A stretch of DNA of 63,462 nt, filler included, from Sphacelaria rigidula (GCA_964200075.2; 10 parts of 10 records of this genome joined end to end with filler, not necessarily neighbours in it), one strand, 5' to 3'. Shown: positions 37,536 through 49,959, numbered from the whole stretch's first letter. Notes: generated from the sequence alone by a model not told the origin. Numbers and translations: made by a program.

Positions 37536-38565
37536 TCGCGACAAAACCAGATCTACTGTTCCACATCAAGTCGGAAAACAACCGAGATCCTCCCCCCCAA
37601 TATCAAAACAAACGTAAGACAAAAATACAGCCAAAACCTAGACATGTAAACAGCAGCGTGAAGGTCGGCCACCTTACATGCAAATCAAAAATACAGAATA
37701 TATAACCAGTACGGATAGGGTAGGGTCATCAACCCCTCCATGTCACATGGAGGTTGGGGTCTCGTGGTGAGATACCCGTAGAACCCTACCAGTTATCAGT
37801 AGGCGGTGAGAGTCTGGTCAGCCATTTCCAGAAATTTCCGACATCAGGTGCAAAAAGCGCCTGATTAAGGGAAGGGGTGGACAATGCATGGCATAAATGC
37901 CAAGACCTAATGCACTTACGAAACAAAGACCTTACCGATGACCGACCACATGATCTACGAGAAGGGGCACCAAGTGGTACGTAGACTCTTGAGATCTTGA
38001 AGGATAACAGCTGGTACAAAGGGTGGGGGAATCGTTGGNNNNNNNNNNNNNNNNNNNNNNNNNNNNNNNNNNNNNNNNNNNNTTAATTAATTAANNNNNN
38101 NNNNNNNNNNNNNNNNNNNNNNNNNNNNNNNNNNNNNNTCCCCTTTTCCCTTTACGTTGCTGCTTGCTATTTCCTTTCCTTCCGGCTCCCCCCTTTTTTT
38201 TTTTTTTTGCAGTATTATCTGGTTGACGTCGGTCAAGGCCTGAGGCCGTTGGCTGCAAACAAATACAGACAAGAGTTGACGCAGCCCGAGAATGCTGATC
38301 CAATCCGCTAAAAAATGATATCAAACAAAGGCAGGTGGCACCGGAAGAAGAGATAGGTTGATCCCATCCTAGAGAGTAGGGACTCATGCCGAGGAATAAA
38401 AGTCGGGGTTATTGAATCCAACAGTATGTCGAAGAGAGGAAAATAATTTTACCGACAGTGACTGACGCAGCCCGCCCCGCTTTCCCAACCTTAATTTTCC
38501 TACCACATACACGATGTTCTATTCACCTCTGTCGTCGTTTTGTTCGAACTGTCGTATCGATCCAG

Positions 38566-38799
38566 GTAATCGCCCTGATCGCCCACCTGCGATCCAAGAA
38601 CGTGAACGGACCGTTCCTCGTAACGGCCCCCCTCGCGACGTTGCCCAACTGGGTCAACGAGTTCAAGAAGTGGCTGCCCTCCGTCGACGTGCTTCTGTAT
38701 CACGGGTCCAAGCAGCACAGGCAGGAGCTGCGGAAGACGGCCATGAAACCCCGCATGTCTCGGACGCCTACTTTCCCCGTCGTCGTCACGAGCTACGAG
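38566..38799 (+). CDS. DDM1: SNF2 ATPase HELLS/DDM1-like exon (motif Ia)
   Basis: VIALIAHLRSKNVNGPFLVTAPLATLPNWVNEFKKWLP...LLYHGSK...FPVVVTSYE, with TCCAG acceptor and GTTGGT donor. Confidence 0.88.
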
Positions 38800-39164
38800 G
38801 TTGGTTCCTGCGTGTTCCCTTGTCTTCTTCACACTTGTGTTGGCGGGTTGTTGATGTTGCCACGGCATGTAGCCGTAGTCCCCGTGGAGGTTAGTCCACC
38901 ACCTGGTAAGGTGAAGAACTTTCTCGGAAAATTATTATTTCGAATAACCCCAACCCTACTGTCTCCGTGTGTGCCTGCGTACTGTCCTTGGATAAAAAAA
39001 AGGCTTCCACTCCGCTTTCGTTTCACCTTTTGTGTTTTATCTTTTGCTCGGCTGGCAGCAACAGGTGCGTTTTTCTGCTATGACGTCCTGATGTTCTGTT
39101 CGGGATGAACTTGTGTGTGTATATATATTTGTATGCTGCATACACGCGCGTGAATGTGACTGAG

Positions 39165-39505
39165 GGCTTGGTTAATTATTATCGCGCATTAACTGGTGGG
39201 GTCATGGGTTCGAATCTCGGAGCGATCTGAGATTTTTTCTCACACTGTGCCCAACAGTGGTGAGAGCGACTATGTCGAGGGTACACAAAATTCGAACTAG
39301 TGGTCGACAAGGGAAAGGGACTGCTGAACCCCTCTCGCGATAAGAAATAAAAAAAGGCGAGCACGGCAGAAGGAACATGAAGAAAGAAAATAAAGAAAGA
39401 AAATCTCCTGTGTTGGCCTCCCTCCTGTGTGACCCTGGCTGGTGCGTGCATATATTCCGGAAGGTGTAATCGGCGTCCAGAATAGATGGGACGGCGACAC
39501 ATTAA
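39165..39505 (+). mobile_element. tRNA-derived SINE, same family as 49370-49745
   Basis: B-box GGTTCGAATC. The body (CGACTATGTCG..GGGTAC, CTCCTGTGTGACCC, GGCGTCCAGAATAGATGGGA) matches the copy in contig 8. Confidence 0.75.
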
Positions 39506-39543
39506 CTGTCTCTATTCCCTCCCGCGTTGTGCGTTGTCGTCAG

Positions 39544-39768
39544 ATATGCATCATCGATCGCGCCCCGCTTCAGGGGTACAACTGGCAGTACCTCATCATC
39601 GACGAGGGCCACCGAATCAAGAACGCCAGCTGTCGGCTGGTGAGGGAGCTGAAGAAGCTTCCGTCGGAAAACCGCCTGCTCCTCTCGGGGACGCCCATCC
39701 AGAATACTCTCGAGGAGCTGTGGTCGCTGCTTAACTTTGTCAACCCTCAGATCTTCGACGACCTCACG
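39544..39768 (+). CDS. DDM1: HELLS/DDM1-like exon (motifs II DEGH and III)
   Basis: WQYLIIDEGHRIKNASCRLVRELK...RLLLSGTPIQNTLEELWSLLNFVNPQIFDD, with CAG acceptor and GTGAGG donor. Confidence 0.9.
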
Positions 39769-40595
39769 GTGAGGGCTGCGTGTGTTGGAGGGGTGTTTCA
39801 GGTTACAGCGTGTATCCCCGGCGGGTCGTCCACTCCCATTCCGAAGAAGGGTTGGCGTCCGTTGGCAACGACGCTGTAAAACACGCCACTGATGGCTTCA
39901 GCTAGAGGATGAGGTCACCGTTTTTTTCTCGCTTGCATTTTTTTGCGGTGACCGTTACGGTGGTAGAGTTAGATCATGTTACGCGGAGTGGGAAAACCTT
40001 AAGTCCGCACCAAGGGTGTGATCGTACTGCGCAGTGTTTGGGTGGTGAGACACCCATGAGGCCGCGTAACCCGTGACTGTCCCTGGAAGTGACGATACTC
40101 AAAAATGACACCATCTTTTCTAGGCTGTCATCATTCACATGCAAGATAAATAACATCCTCAGGGCCGAATAATCTTCGCAGGATGCAGCTTACCCTTCAG
40201 GCGGAACGTTTCGGCCATTTTTGTTCAAAACACTGTTGTGGCAAGTACCGTAGGATGCGTTGTTCAAACCACCCATTTTATGAAGTTTTGGAACCCAAAG
40301 GCTTGCTCCTCAACCGGGGTTGCTGTTGTTGTTGTTGTTGTTGTTGTTGTATATATCTCGGGTCTATCCGCGGCTGGAAGGCTCCCGTAGCTCATCAGTT
40401 GCGTGTGCGACAATCAATCCATCAACCGCCGTATGAGTGCTGCGACTGATCTCCCTTTGATTTGGCTGTCGCACTTGGACTGGTCGCCCATGGATCCAGC
40501 CGTGGTCACATAAATTTTGAAATCGAGGATGAGTTGGACCAGCATCACCGCGTCCCGCCCACCCCTTTTCCAAACGACGTCTTCCTACTCCTCAG

Positions 40596-40691
40596 ATTTT
40601 CCAGTCCTGGTTCGGTTTCAAGAACATCGGGAAGGACACGAGTGTGGATGAAATCGTAGACGAGCAGCACAACTCCAAGATTGTCTCGAAG
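40596..40691 (+). CDS. DDM1: HELLS/DDM1-like exon
   Basis: IFQSWFGFKNIGKDTSVDEIVDEQHNSKIVSK, with CTCAG acceptor and GTGGGG donor, phase 0/0. Confidence 0.85.
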
Positions 40692-41307
40692 GTGGGGGTG
40701 TTTTACGTCTTTTTTATGGCATGTGTGCGCCCATAAATATATGTCTCCAGCCGTTTTCGCCCGTCTCGCGAGTCGTGCCTGACTAGACGTACCTCGGTAA
40801 TGTCCGCGCGTTTTTTGCAAGTGTATCGTGAGTGCTGTGAAATGATCAACGCGGCGCATTTTTGTTGTTGTTGCGCGATTTGAGATTCTGCTATCATTGG
40901 TACGCCTTTTCATCTTGTTTTGGTACCTCCGTTTTATTGTCAGCCGTTTTGACGGTTTACACGCGGGAGGGATCTCGCGCAACGCTTTATAGCGCTGTTT
41001 TATTGCGTTCGTGTTTGTTCTTTGTCGGTTGTGTCGGTTTTCCACGCTTCGCAGCGGATTAATTTCCCTGTCTCTTTCGTTTGCTTGTCTGCTTGTTTTC
41101 TTCGTGTCCTCGTTTCTTTTCCTTTGTTTTTTCTTGTTTTTTTATTCTAGTGCATTTTTGCGCACTTGCTACTTCTTCTCTTGCAAACCTTGCTCTTTCA
41201 CTTGCATCGGATGAGCCCCACCTGCCCTCATCGTCGGCGGTCACGCAGATTAATTACCTCGTCACCCTCTTCCATCTTTCTCACTTTGACTGTATCATGA
41301 CCTGACG

Positions 41308-41903
41308 TAACTGGCACCGGCGTTTGCCTCAGCACATAGGAGGGCACTGTACCGTTATCTCTCCCAAGTCACACTCAGGCGCAGGTGCAATCACCGCTCG
41401 TTTGGCCCCATCGATAGTACACCCATTTATATGCTTCCTCATTATGCCACTCTGCGTCCTGAACGTTACTTCCAAACTCCTGCGGTAGGACTGGGAAGGT
41501 AGCTGTCCCGCAGCTGGTGACATACCCAACCTAGCTTTCTCCTCAACGTAACCGTCGGGACCAGCGTAGAGCTGGAGAGGGTACATGATGGTGTTGCCAT
41601 ACCTTACCATGTGCCCCATGCAATCCCGATGCATCTCACACTTCACTAGCATACCCTCCGTATACTCCGTGAGCTCCAATACCTTTGAGGTATACTGGAC
41701 TCGGCATGGGCCGTAACCACCCTGTAGCTAGCGATCTTCATAGGCATGCCCAAGGGGGCGTCGTAGTACACCAACCTAGTTGGAGGATTTCCCACACCGT
41801 AGGGTGCGAGCACGGGCACGCCACTGTACTTCAGCCTGATGGTGGCAAGTCTATTCAGCGACCCCGCCTTCTTGGCCAGGCCAAGTACATGTATGTGCCC
41901 ATG
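41308..41903 (-). pseudogene. Frameshifted fragment resembling the N-terminal part of a divergent multisubunit RNA polymerase largest subunit (beta'/RPB1)
   Basis: Motifs in order on the minus strand: HGHIHV, then YRRSLEVTFRTQSGIMRKHINGCTIDGAKRAVIAPAPECDLGEI(T/V), then after a frameshift VPSYVLRQTPVP. Compare RPB1 GHFGHIEL and KSxxxRLKGKEGRxRGNLMGKRVDFSARTVIxxDPNLxxDQVGVP. Flanked by TGACG direct repeats. Confidence 0.55.
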
Positions 41904-42074
41904 TGACGAAATGGAGGTTGGTACGCTGTGTATTGGCGAGTATCCGTACGAACCAAGTGTGCGCCCAATGTTGCTCTAAGCATTCGCATATGATGCTGCT
42001 GTCTACTGGTTGAACGACAGTTTCATTACGCCTCGGTTTTTCTTCTTACACGTGTCGTCTTCCCTTCTCAACAG

Positions 42075-42239
42075 TTGCACGAAATCCTTCGACCATTCCT
42101 GATCCGGCGCATGAAGAAGGATGTCCTGGCAAACGATGGCCTTCCCCCTAAGCGAGAGGTGGTGGTCTATGCCGGCATGACTACCATGCAGCGGGGATAC
42201 TACGAGCTGGCCTGCAAGGGTGCTCTTCGGGACACTTTG
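42075..42239 (+). CDS. DDM1: HELLS/DDM1-like exon
   Basis: LHEILRPFLIRRMKKDV...LPPKREVVVYAGMTTMQRGYY, with CAACAG acceptor and GTACGT donor. Confidence 0.9.
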
Positions 42240-43070
42240 GTACGTACGGCCTGTAGATTACGGAGGATAACACCCCCAGTTTGCGTATTTTTTCCGGTCC
42301 TTCAGAAATATAGAGGAAGGCAAACATTGATTGACTTGTTAGTTGGTTGACGAAGTAATTCATTGTTGCCTACTTTCCAATCCATTACGGAGCAAGTCGT
42401 CGTTTTTCACAAGTTGGACGTGGGGAAATCAAGGTAATCCTGAACAAACAGAACTCTCGCCGATGGACTCTGAGAGAAGAAGCTGCGAAAGCCTCAAGAG
42501 AAGAGAAGATTTCAGCCCCTTTGAACTATTCTGGCAAAAACTAATGCTCACCAAAGTCCGTACCTAAAGTCTGTACTAATTAATCTCTGAGGAACAGAGT
42601 CCTACTCTCGAAGCTGTGGGTGTGAAGTATCGAGCTCTTGTGCCCAGGTTGCACCAGCATACTGAGTGAAGATATTTTGCAATAAGAAACTAGCTATTAA
42701 TAGCGACGACAATACCGGGTCCTCGTCAATGTGCTCCTCGATCACGATACGTGAAAAAAACTATCTTCTACTTTCACATTAGGTACGTTATCGGATTATG
42801 AGACACTACGAACTCGGCAAGCCGTAAATGCCACACACGTTGGGCACGCGATAACCTTAACCCTTTTCAGTTTCCCAAATCAGCCCCGATGTAAGTATGT
42901 CACTGTGAAGTGTATAGATCAACCTGGTGATGCACGACTCTGTCGCTGTTCGATTGACGCCGTTTTGGCATCAACGTTTTTGTACTGCATTGAGTACCGG
43001 GTGCGTCTCACATCGTGGCGTTAAAGCATGTTTTTATTTTTTTTGCGCTTCATTGAACGCGGGGGAATAA

Positions 43071-44285
43071 CGTTGGAAAGGCACACCGTCCTGGGCATAC
43101 GAAAACTCTGACACGCACAGACAAAAAACGCACTGGTATTGCTGCGAGATGGCATCAAGCTGGTCAGCAGTTCCATCGTGGGAGAGGACCTCCGAGCCGG
43201 TTGTCACCGTTTTTCGGAAGTCCCAGGGTTTATGTTCAACGTTTCCGGGTCTAAATCCCAAGAACGGCGTGAAGGTTTGCGCATTTGTGCCATGAGATGA
43301 GCTTGAAGCGTGTAAACTCCCAACCACTTGGTTTTAATATCGAAACGTCTGGTTCGGGAGCATCTAACTTCGAGACCCGCGAGAAAAACTATACGAGATT
43401 TTCGATTTTCTTGACCAAACGTACATATGTTCCTTGGACTGCCATGAGACACATCATATCCTTCTTTTTTCGAGGCATTTTCTACCGCCTCTCGGGGGTC
43501 TTCATACTGGGATCCCCGGAAGCCGGTAGAGAACGGAGAAACCTTTTGAGTATCTTCAGGAATACAATTTTTTCCATTCGGATCATCAGTACCTACCGGA
43601 CTGCAAAGTTTGAAGGCGATCCGAGCATTTTTACGACAGATGAGGAAATCGGTGACTTGACCGTACGGTGCAGTTTGTGCGAGATGGTGTGTTTGCGTGT
43701 AGAAACCGCCACGAGGCTCCCTGGGTCTGTGCGTACCATCACTGGAAATCACTGGATACTAGATAACGCCATGACCCCACATCACCGCAACACCATGGTT
43801 TCGGGTATAATTCGACTCCGTAGTAACCGTTTTCAAATCTGTTTTTTTCCGTTAGATTCACGATCTGTTGGCAGTTACTATGATTTGAAGCATGTGGACA
43901 TTCTAGTGAAAATTAGGCTTGGAGTTCGTATTTTCGATTTCAGTAAAAATTGGAGGGCGCTGATCGGTCGAGGTACCTTTTCGCGCTCAGCGCCACCATT
44001 GTGGCCTTGAACATAAACCCGGCTATGTCGCGCGCTCTTCAGCTGTCCATGGCGGTCAAAATGTCATCATGTTTGAGACTGTTGAGGTATTGGGCATTTG
44101 CTGACGGCACAATTTTCGGTGATGAGCGTGAACCAGCCTGAACCTTTTTTTCGGCGTATTGATGTAGGTTTCGTGCCAAACGTTCAGCTCCCAGCTCCCA
44201 GAATTCAGCTGAGAAGCTGAGAAGGGCTAGTTTATATTGGTCACTTGATTTTCGTGAGAAAATTCCGCCGAGGCCTTCCAAGGGT
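43071..44285. mobile_element. Possible degenerate piggyBac-like non-autonomous element
   Basis: Imperfect inverted ends (TAA)CGTTGGAAAGGC / GCCTTCCAAGGG(TT). The internal 241-aa ORF has no recognisable domain. Confidence 0.35.
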
Positions 44286-44679
44286 TGCATACTATTTATG
44301 GTGTTCAGAGCTTTCCCCCCCCCCCCCCCCCCCCCCCCCCCTCTTAGAGCCCTATTGCCTTCCCCCAGCCCTAATCATTTTATAGAATGTGGCTNNNNNN
44401 NNNNNNNNNNNNNNNNNNNNNNNNNNNNNNNNNNNNNNTTAATTAATTAANNNNNNNNNNNNNNNNNNNNNNNNNNNNNNNNNNNNNNNNNNNNCCCCCC
44501 GATTTTGAAAAATCAAGATTCGTGCTTGCCATAAAAGGGAGTCTTAAATCGGCGCCTGGGGCGCAGACATGGACGAAAAAACCGGTTCTGGGCAAGCTAT
44601 AATAGGAGCACTCGATACTGTCACCCCCTTGAAAATTCGAATATTGGTGTTGCTTCTAAAATCGAGTAATCAACCGTTT

Positions 44680-44939
44680 CACGGGTCGGACGAATTAATT
44701 ATTCGTCTGAAAATTACTTGATTTTAGTGTGATTGATTCGTACCGTACGAATCAACCCTTCGGCTTTATTTTCAGCGTTGCAACCCAGGTACGCGCACAC
44801 CCCAGGCACGCGGAATGGCGCAAAGGTTGCGTGGGATCCTTTTTGACCATCGGTCGACTTTGTTTCCCCTTTCGAGCAATCAGGCCTGAAAAATCGTGGA
44901 TTTGGTAATTCGAACCGGCGATGATTAGTCCGAACCGTG
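44680..44939. mobile_element. hAT-type MITE (260 bp); related copies at ~25240-25326, 48154-48405 and 50628-50750
   Basis: TIRs CACGGGTCGGAC / GTCCGAACCGTG, 8-bp TSD AACCGTTT (44672-44679, 44940-44947) and internal inverted repeat GATTCGTACCGTACGAATC. Confidence 0.85.
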
Positions 44940-46293
44940 AACCGTTTTTGCGACAAATGCGTAAGCTCCACTGGCAATGGCAGACATACACGTGCCTAGC
45001 AAAATAACACCCGTCTTGGTGCTAAACTGCTTGTATTGGTGATTTCGTCTGAGTGCTGATTGCGTCTTGTCGTGGGGTCCGCTACTACTGTGTTGTACGT
45101 ACCCCGTGACTTTCGTACATAACATCGAGGGAGAACATCATGCTCGCCAGTGATTACGTCTCACCCTCTCGACTATCTCAAAAGAAGCGGAGACACTGAC
45201 TGTAGTGATTGTACTGTCTGTACTGTATTGCTGTTGAAAATGGCTCCAAGTGAGTGTAGATGGCACGAACGTGTAACAGACAGCGTCTTTTTCCACCGCT
45301 ACTGTGATCGGGGAAAAGCGTCAGTCAACCTTTCAAGAAGTGTACTTCAAGGACACAACACAACTAGGGTACGCCATGGACAGGAGATACGCGAATCGAT
45401 CGTCTACGGTGGATTTGTAGCACCTGCTGCCTGCGGCGACAGCAAAGTGTGCTGTCTGGACGGTTAGGTTGTATGTTGTCTTTGGCCGATCAGTAGGATG
45501 GGCTCGGGCTGTACAGCACTGCACTATTAGCGTAACAAGATGAAGTTGTATCGCATTTTGGTCATACTCCAAAAGTTTCAACACGTTTGCCCAAAATCAT
45601 GGCGGAAAAAATCTCGCTGGTCGATGCAGGGGAGGGCGAAATACCGTTTGCCGGGCAAACGATTATTGGATTGAAATTATGTCAGCATCGAGACCAATAG
45701 ATGTCCATTTCCCATGGAGGGAAACAGCGAGAGTGTATTTTCGGTCGCTTTGAAAAAGACACGAAACGCTTTTTCTTTTTTTGCATAGGACTGCAACGCA
45801 GGTGTACAAGCTCCCTGTGCACAGGCGGATAGCTTGACGAAAAAATTATGTTTCTCGTAATGTTCGGGTGAGAGTCATGTTCTGTGATCCATTCGTTAGG
45901 CTGCCATATAGCACTCTCAAACTGCCGATCACCTTGAGCTTCCGTTTCGCATTCATTCACGCGTATGGCACAAACACAAAAAAAATGAACAGATAAAATA
46001 AACCGGTGTCGGTGAGTCATGTTCCAGAACACGTGTTATTGTAGAACGATCTGTGCTGTTAGTGTCGACTAACCCGGAACGCGGAAGCTCTGCGGTCGCT
46101 CTGTTCGGCTTGGCGGAAAACAACGTCAACGTCCATTGGGGCGAAGACTCATGGTCACCGCCTGCTTACACACCATCTGACGGACGAGCATCTGCAGCGA
46201 AACTACTGTATTGTTGCTGAGCGGAGCAAGTCTTCAAAGTCAAGAAGAACAACAGAGACAGGGCTTGCTATCGTCGGTCGCCAAGGAAATTTC

Positions 46294-47840
46294 CAAGGTT
46301 GCGTTATGTAGGGTACGTGTTTCTGTATACCCGGGGTATTTTTCCGGGTATTTACCGTACCCGACAGTTCTGTGACTTCTGTAAGACGTTCATACCGGTA
46401 CCCGACAGTTCTGTAATCTTTGCAAGACTTTCATACCCGTACCCGATAGTTCTGTAATCTCTGTAAGACTCCCGAACCGTTACCGGGGGGCACGGGTACG
46501 CTCTTGATAAGATGCCCGATTGCGGGTACGGTATTCTGTGCAACCTCCATACCCTACCCGACAGTTTCTGTGAGTTCTGTAAGCCTCCCATACCCTTACC
46601 CGACAGTTCTGTGAGCTCTGTCAGCCTCCAATATATTTACCCGGGGTGAGGGTATACCGTTATAGATATACCCGATTGCAGGTTTGAGCACAGGTATATA
46701 TACCTTGGGGAGGCATGGATGCAGGTTCAATCCAAACAAAACATCATGACCTGAACATGTACCTCCCATCAATCAACCCACCCAACTCCTTCATTCAAAA
46801 CTGCACACCAACAATAGCTCAATTTTGAAAAATTCTGTAGTTTGGGCCCTGGCGAGATACGAGGTACCGCTGAGTGGACACACGAAGCATAAGCAGCGCT
46901 GCAGACCGTCAGAATGGATCATCCCCAGACTCGAGTGATGACTCGAGCGGGGGCGGCTCATCTGCGTCACCGGCGGATCAAGTAGCAAGACGCATGTCAT
47001 CGACGTTGATGGTTGTGTCGTGGTCATTAAACCCCAGGCCGTTATCGACATGTACAGCACAGAGTATGGGCTACCACCGAACGTCGTCAAGGCCGTCGGC
47101 GATTCTGTCGCATGCCGAAGAGCTTCCAGAGAACGGGCAGCCGTGAATGCTCCTTCATGTACTCTCTGGGAGTGTACGTAAAGCCGATAGATGTTGACGA
47201 TCCCATGCACATGTACTACTGCGATTGTTTGCGTAGTCTCCCTCTGTCAACCCCATGAAGCCGTTCAAAGTTTTCGTGAACTGTCATCTTTTGTATTTCG
47301 CCACTATTGTAGTGACGTAGGTCCCACTAAAGGGGTAATGATAACAAGGTCGTGTTTTGGAGTGTAAGACTTTCTGTATACCCGGGGTATTTTGCCGGGT
47401 ATTTCCCGTAACCGACAGTTCTGTCGATTCTGTAAGACCTTCATGCCCGCACCCGATAGTTCTTTGAGTTCTGTAGGCCTCCCGTACCGTTACCGGGGGG
47501 CACGGGTACGCTCTTGATAAGATACCCGGTTGCGGGTACGGTTTTCTGTGCAACCTTCACACCCTACCCGACAGTTTCTGTGAATTCTGTAAGCCTCCCA
47601 TACCGTACCCGATAGTTCTGTGAGTTTTGCACACAAAAAATTACCCTAACCCGAGGGGCGGATATGCTCTTGAAGGATACCCGATTACCGGTACCGGTTT
47701 TCTGTAAGCCTCCTATACCGTACCCGACAAGTTCTGTGACTTCTGTAAGACTTTCATACCGATACCCGGCGGTTCTGTAAGTTCTGTAAGGAATCTCATA
47801 CCCTACAGAACGTACCCGTACCTTACAGAACACAACCTTG
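46294..47840 (+). mobile_element. Non-autonomous hAT element with subterminal repeat arrays and a possible BED-finger remnant
   Basis: TIRs CAAGGTTG / CAACCTTG and 8-bp TSD GAAATTTC (46286-46293, 47841-47848). TACCCG and TTCTGT repeats lie at 46320-46680 and 47370-47830. Confidence 0.88.
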
Positions 47841-48509
47841 GAAATTTCCACAACCTGGATAATAACCATGTATGGTCAATGGATGCAATAGACTAAATAT
47901 GCACTGGGTAAAGTATAGGCTTATCGAAACTATTGACGGCTGAAAATAGTTGCAACAGGCCCATACTTTACCCAGTACGCTTCTTCTCTATTGCATCTAT
48001 TGTACCGGGCAGAGATGGGTTAATCCCTTGAGACGACTGACTCGCCCCGAGGAAAGGGAGGGGTTCAAAGTGCGATAAATAAACAAATAAATAAATAAAA
48101 TAATGTATATTTACCATATTTTGTCCAGGGTGTGGAGGAATCCAAACGTTTGGAAGGGTCGGACAAATAATTATTTGTCTGAAAAGTACTTGCTTATTTT
48201 TAAGCGCAATTGATCGTACCGTACGAATCAATCCTCGAGCGTTGCTTTCAGCATAGCCCCTCACGTACGCGCACCCCAGGCACGCGGGACAGCGCAAAAA
48301 TTTGCGTCGAGACGGTTCTGAGCCGCGGTCAACTTTCTTTTCTTGTTTCGAGCAATCAGGCCTCAGGTGTCGTAGACTTGGTGATTCGAACCGGCGACGA
48401 TTCATCCCACCTCTGGAATCTACGGAGACGAGAGAACAACACGCTATGTATAACAGCGAAATCACTCGATATTGCAGAGTTTTGTTTGACGTTCATGTCC
48501 CCAGGTTAC

Positions 48510-48608
48510 CTCCCGAGACAGCTGACCCCCTGAACTAGAACCTCCCCCTCTGGCGCGAGACCCACAAACGAGCCCAGCGTCGCAGACGAACCCTTCTCCA
48601 TGCACCAC
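48510..48608 (-). CDS. Thioredoxin-like [2Fe-2S] ferredoxin-domain protein, exon
   Basis: (R)WCMEKGSSATLGSFVGLAPEGEVLVQGVSCLG(R), with TTTGTCCAG acceptor and GTAACC donor. With the upstream exon it gives the VFVCTNRWC...CLGx pattern of the TRX_Fd family. Confidence 0.78.
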
Positions 48609-49369
48609 CTGGACAAATGACAATCAGGAGTTACGGTACGCAGTTACGGTACCGCAGTGACATGGCGTGATGTGCTCCAAATTCGTCAGGAAGAGGACTG
48701 TCGCGATTTAAGAAATGCACTTCGTATACCGGAGTAAAATCCAAGAGGTACGTGAATATGCGGCCGAGGGAATGATGATGATGACGATACTTGTGTGTTA
48801 TAATAGCTTGCAATACTGCACCAGTCAGACGCCCTGACCTTCCGCATGATATTTTTCTCCAAGTTACCACTGTACATATATAGATAGATTTAGATAGATT
48901 TAGATAGTTTCGTTGAACCTAAATACTTGGACAAACCGCCCAGTTGCTCCGAACATAAAAGGCGATGCCTCGGGGCTAACCTCTCCAAAAAACGTTTTGA
49001 TTCGAAAGCCATGCTACTATTCTCCGCTGAAATCCCACACTACAGTACAGTACGCTGTACCATACAATACTATACTACGGTCAGTATCAACAAGTGTGCC
49101 TTCGAGAGCGGATCTAAGACTGCAGTCGGTATAGAGTACCTGAAAGTCGACCCAAACACACACAACACACGTACACATACACACACAGGAGAGAGAGAGA
49201 GAGAGAGAGAGATTCCTGCCTAAAAGTGCGGTTTCCAGACGGCTGACTCGCAACCTGCCCCCCTGCATTTCCTTTTTGTACGGGTCTCCCTTGCCCGGAG
49301 CCCTTTACCACTGCTCTCTCCCCTATGCTTCATCTTGACACTATTTCTCGAGCTTACTTAGGCAAGCGT

Positions 49370-49745
49370 ATAGTTGTGTTGCCATCCCATCTATTCTGGA
49401 CGCCACTCTACACCATTCGGACTATGTGGGCGCATCAGCCGGGGTCACACAGGAGGAAGGTCAGTCAACACACAGGAATTTTCACTTCACGTCATATTTC
49501 GTTTCAGTACTCCGCCTTCCTTCTGCGGTGCTTGCCTTACTTTTGATCGCAAGAGGGGGTCCAGCGGCTCCTTTCCCTTGTCAACCGTGGAGTCGATCTA
49601 TTTGTACCCACGACATAGTCGCTTTACACTGCTGGGCATGGTGCGAGAAAAAGAAAAAAAATCGTGTGACTTCACCGAGATTCGAACTCACGACCCAACC
49701 GCCCGACGGTTTCGAGGTTACCAACGTAGCCACCTGGGCCACCGG
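49370..49745 (-). mobile_element. tRNA-derived SINE (head resembles tRNA-Ser CGA)
   Basis: The minus-strand head GGTGGCTACGTTGGTAACCTCGAAACC...GAGTTCGAATCTC has A- and B-boxes. The body is shared with 39165-39505. Confidence 0.78.
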
Positions 49746-49959
49746 TAAGTATCCCCGTCTATCTGCTTCAGGTACGTCTACCTGGTGGACACGGCTACAT
49801 TATCTGGGGATCAGCACATGTGCGACACTCAACCAAGCAAAACGAGCAATCAACTAACCACACACGCGCACCCATAAAGCATAGAATTGCCGCAGGAAGT
49901 CTCGGCGAAAATGGCCCACTACTTTCATCCACACTTGCCACACCACCCCCCGCTCTCGC

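Noticed and set aside
43285..44010. 241-aa ORF as a real gene
   Set aside because: No recognisable motif, a non-ATG start, and a location inside a probable non-autonomous element in the HELLS intron region.
12715..44394. DNA-repair/chromatin gene cluster (BRCA2 near HELLS)
   Set aside because: The genes lie on different, artificially joined contigs.
49670..49745. Functional tRNA-Ser gene (likewise the tRNA-like heads at ~23120-23200 and ~39165-39225)
   Set aside because: A/B boxes are present but I could not form a complete cloverleaf, and each head is attached to a repeated body, so these are SINEs.
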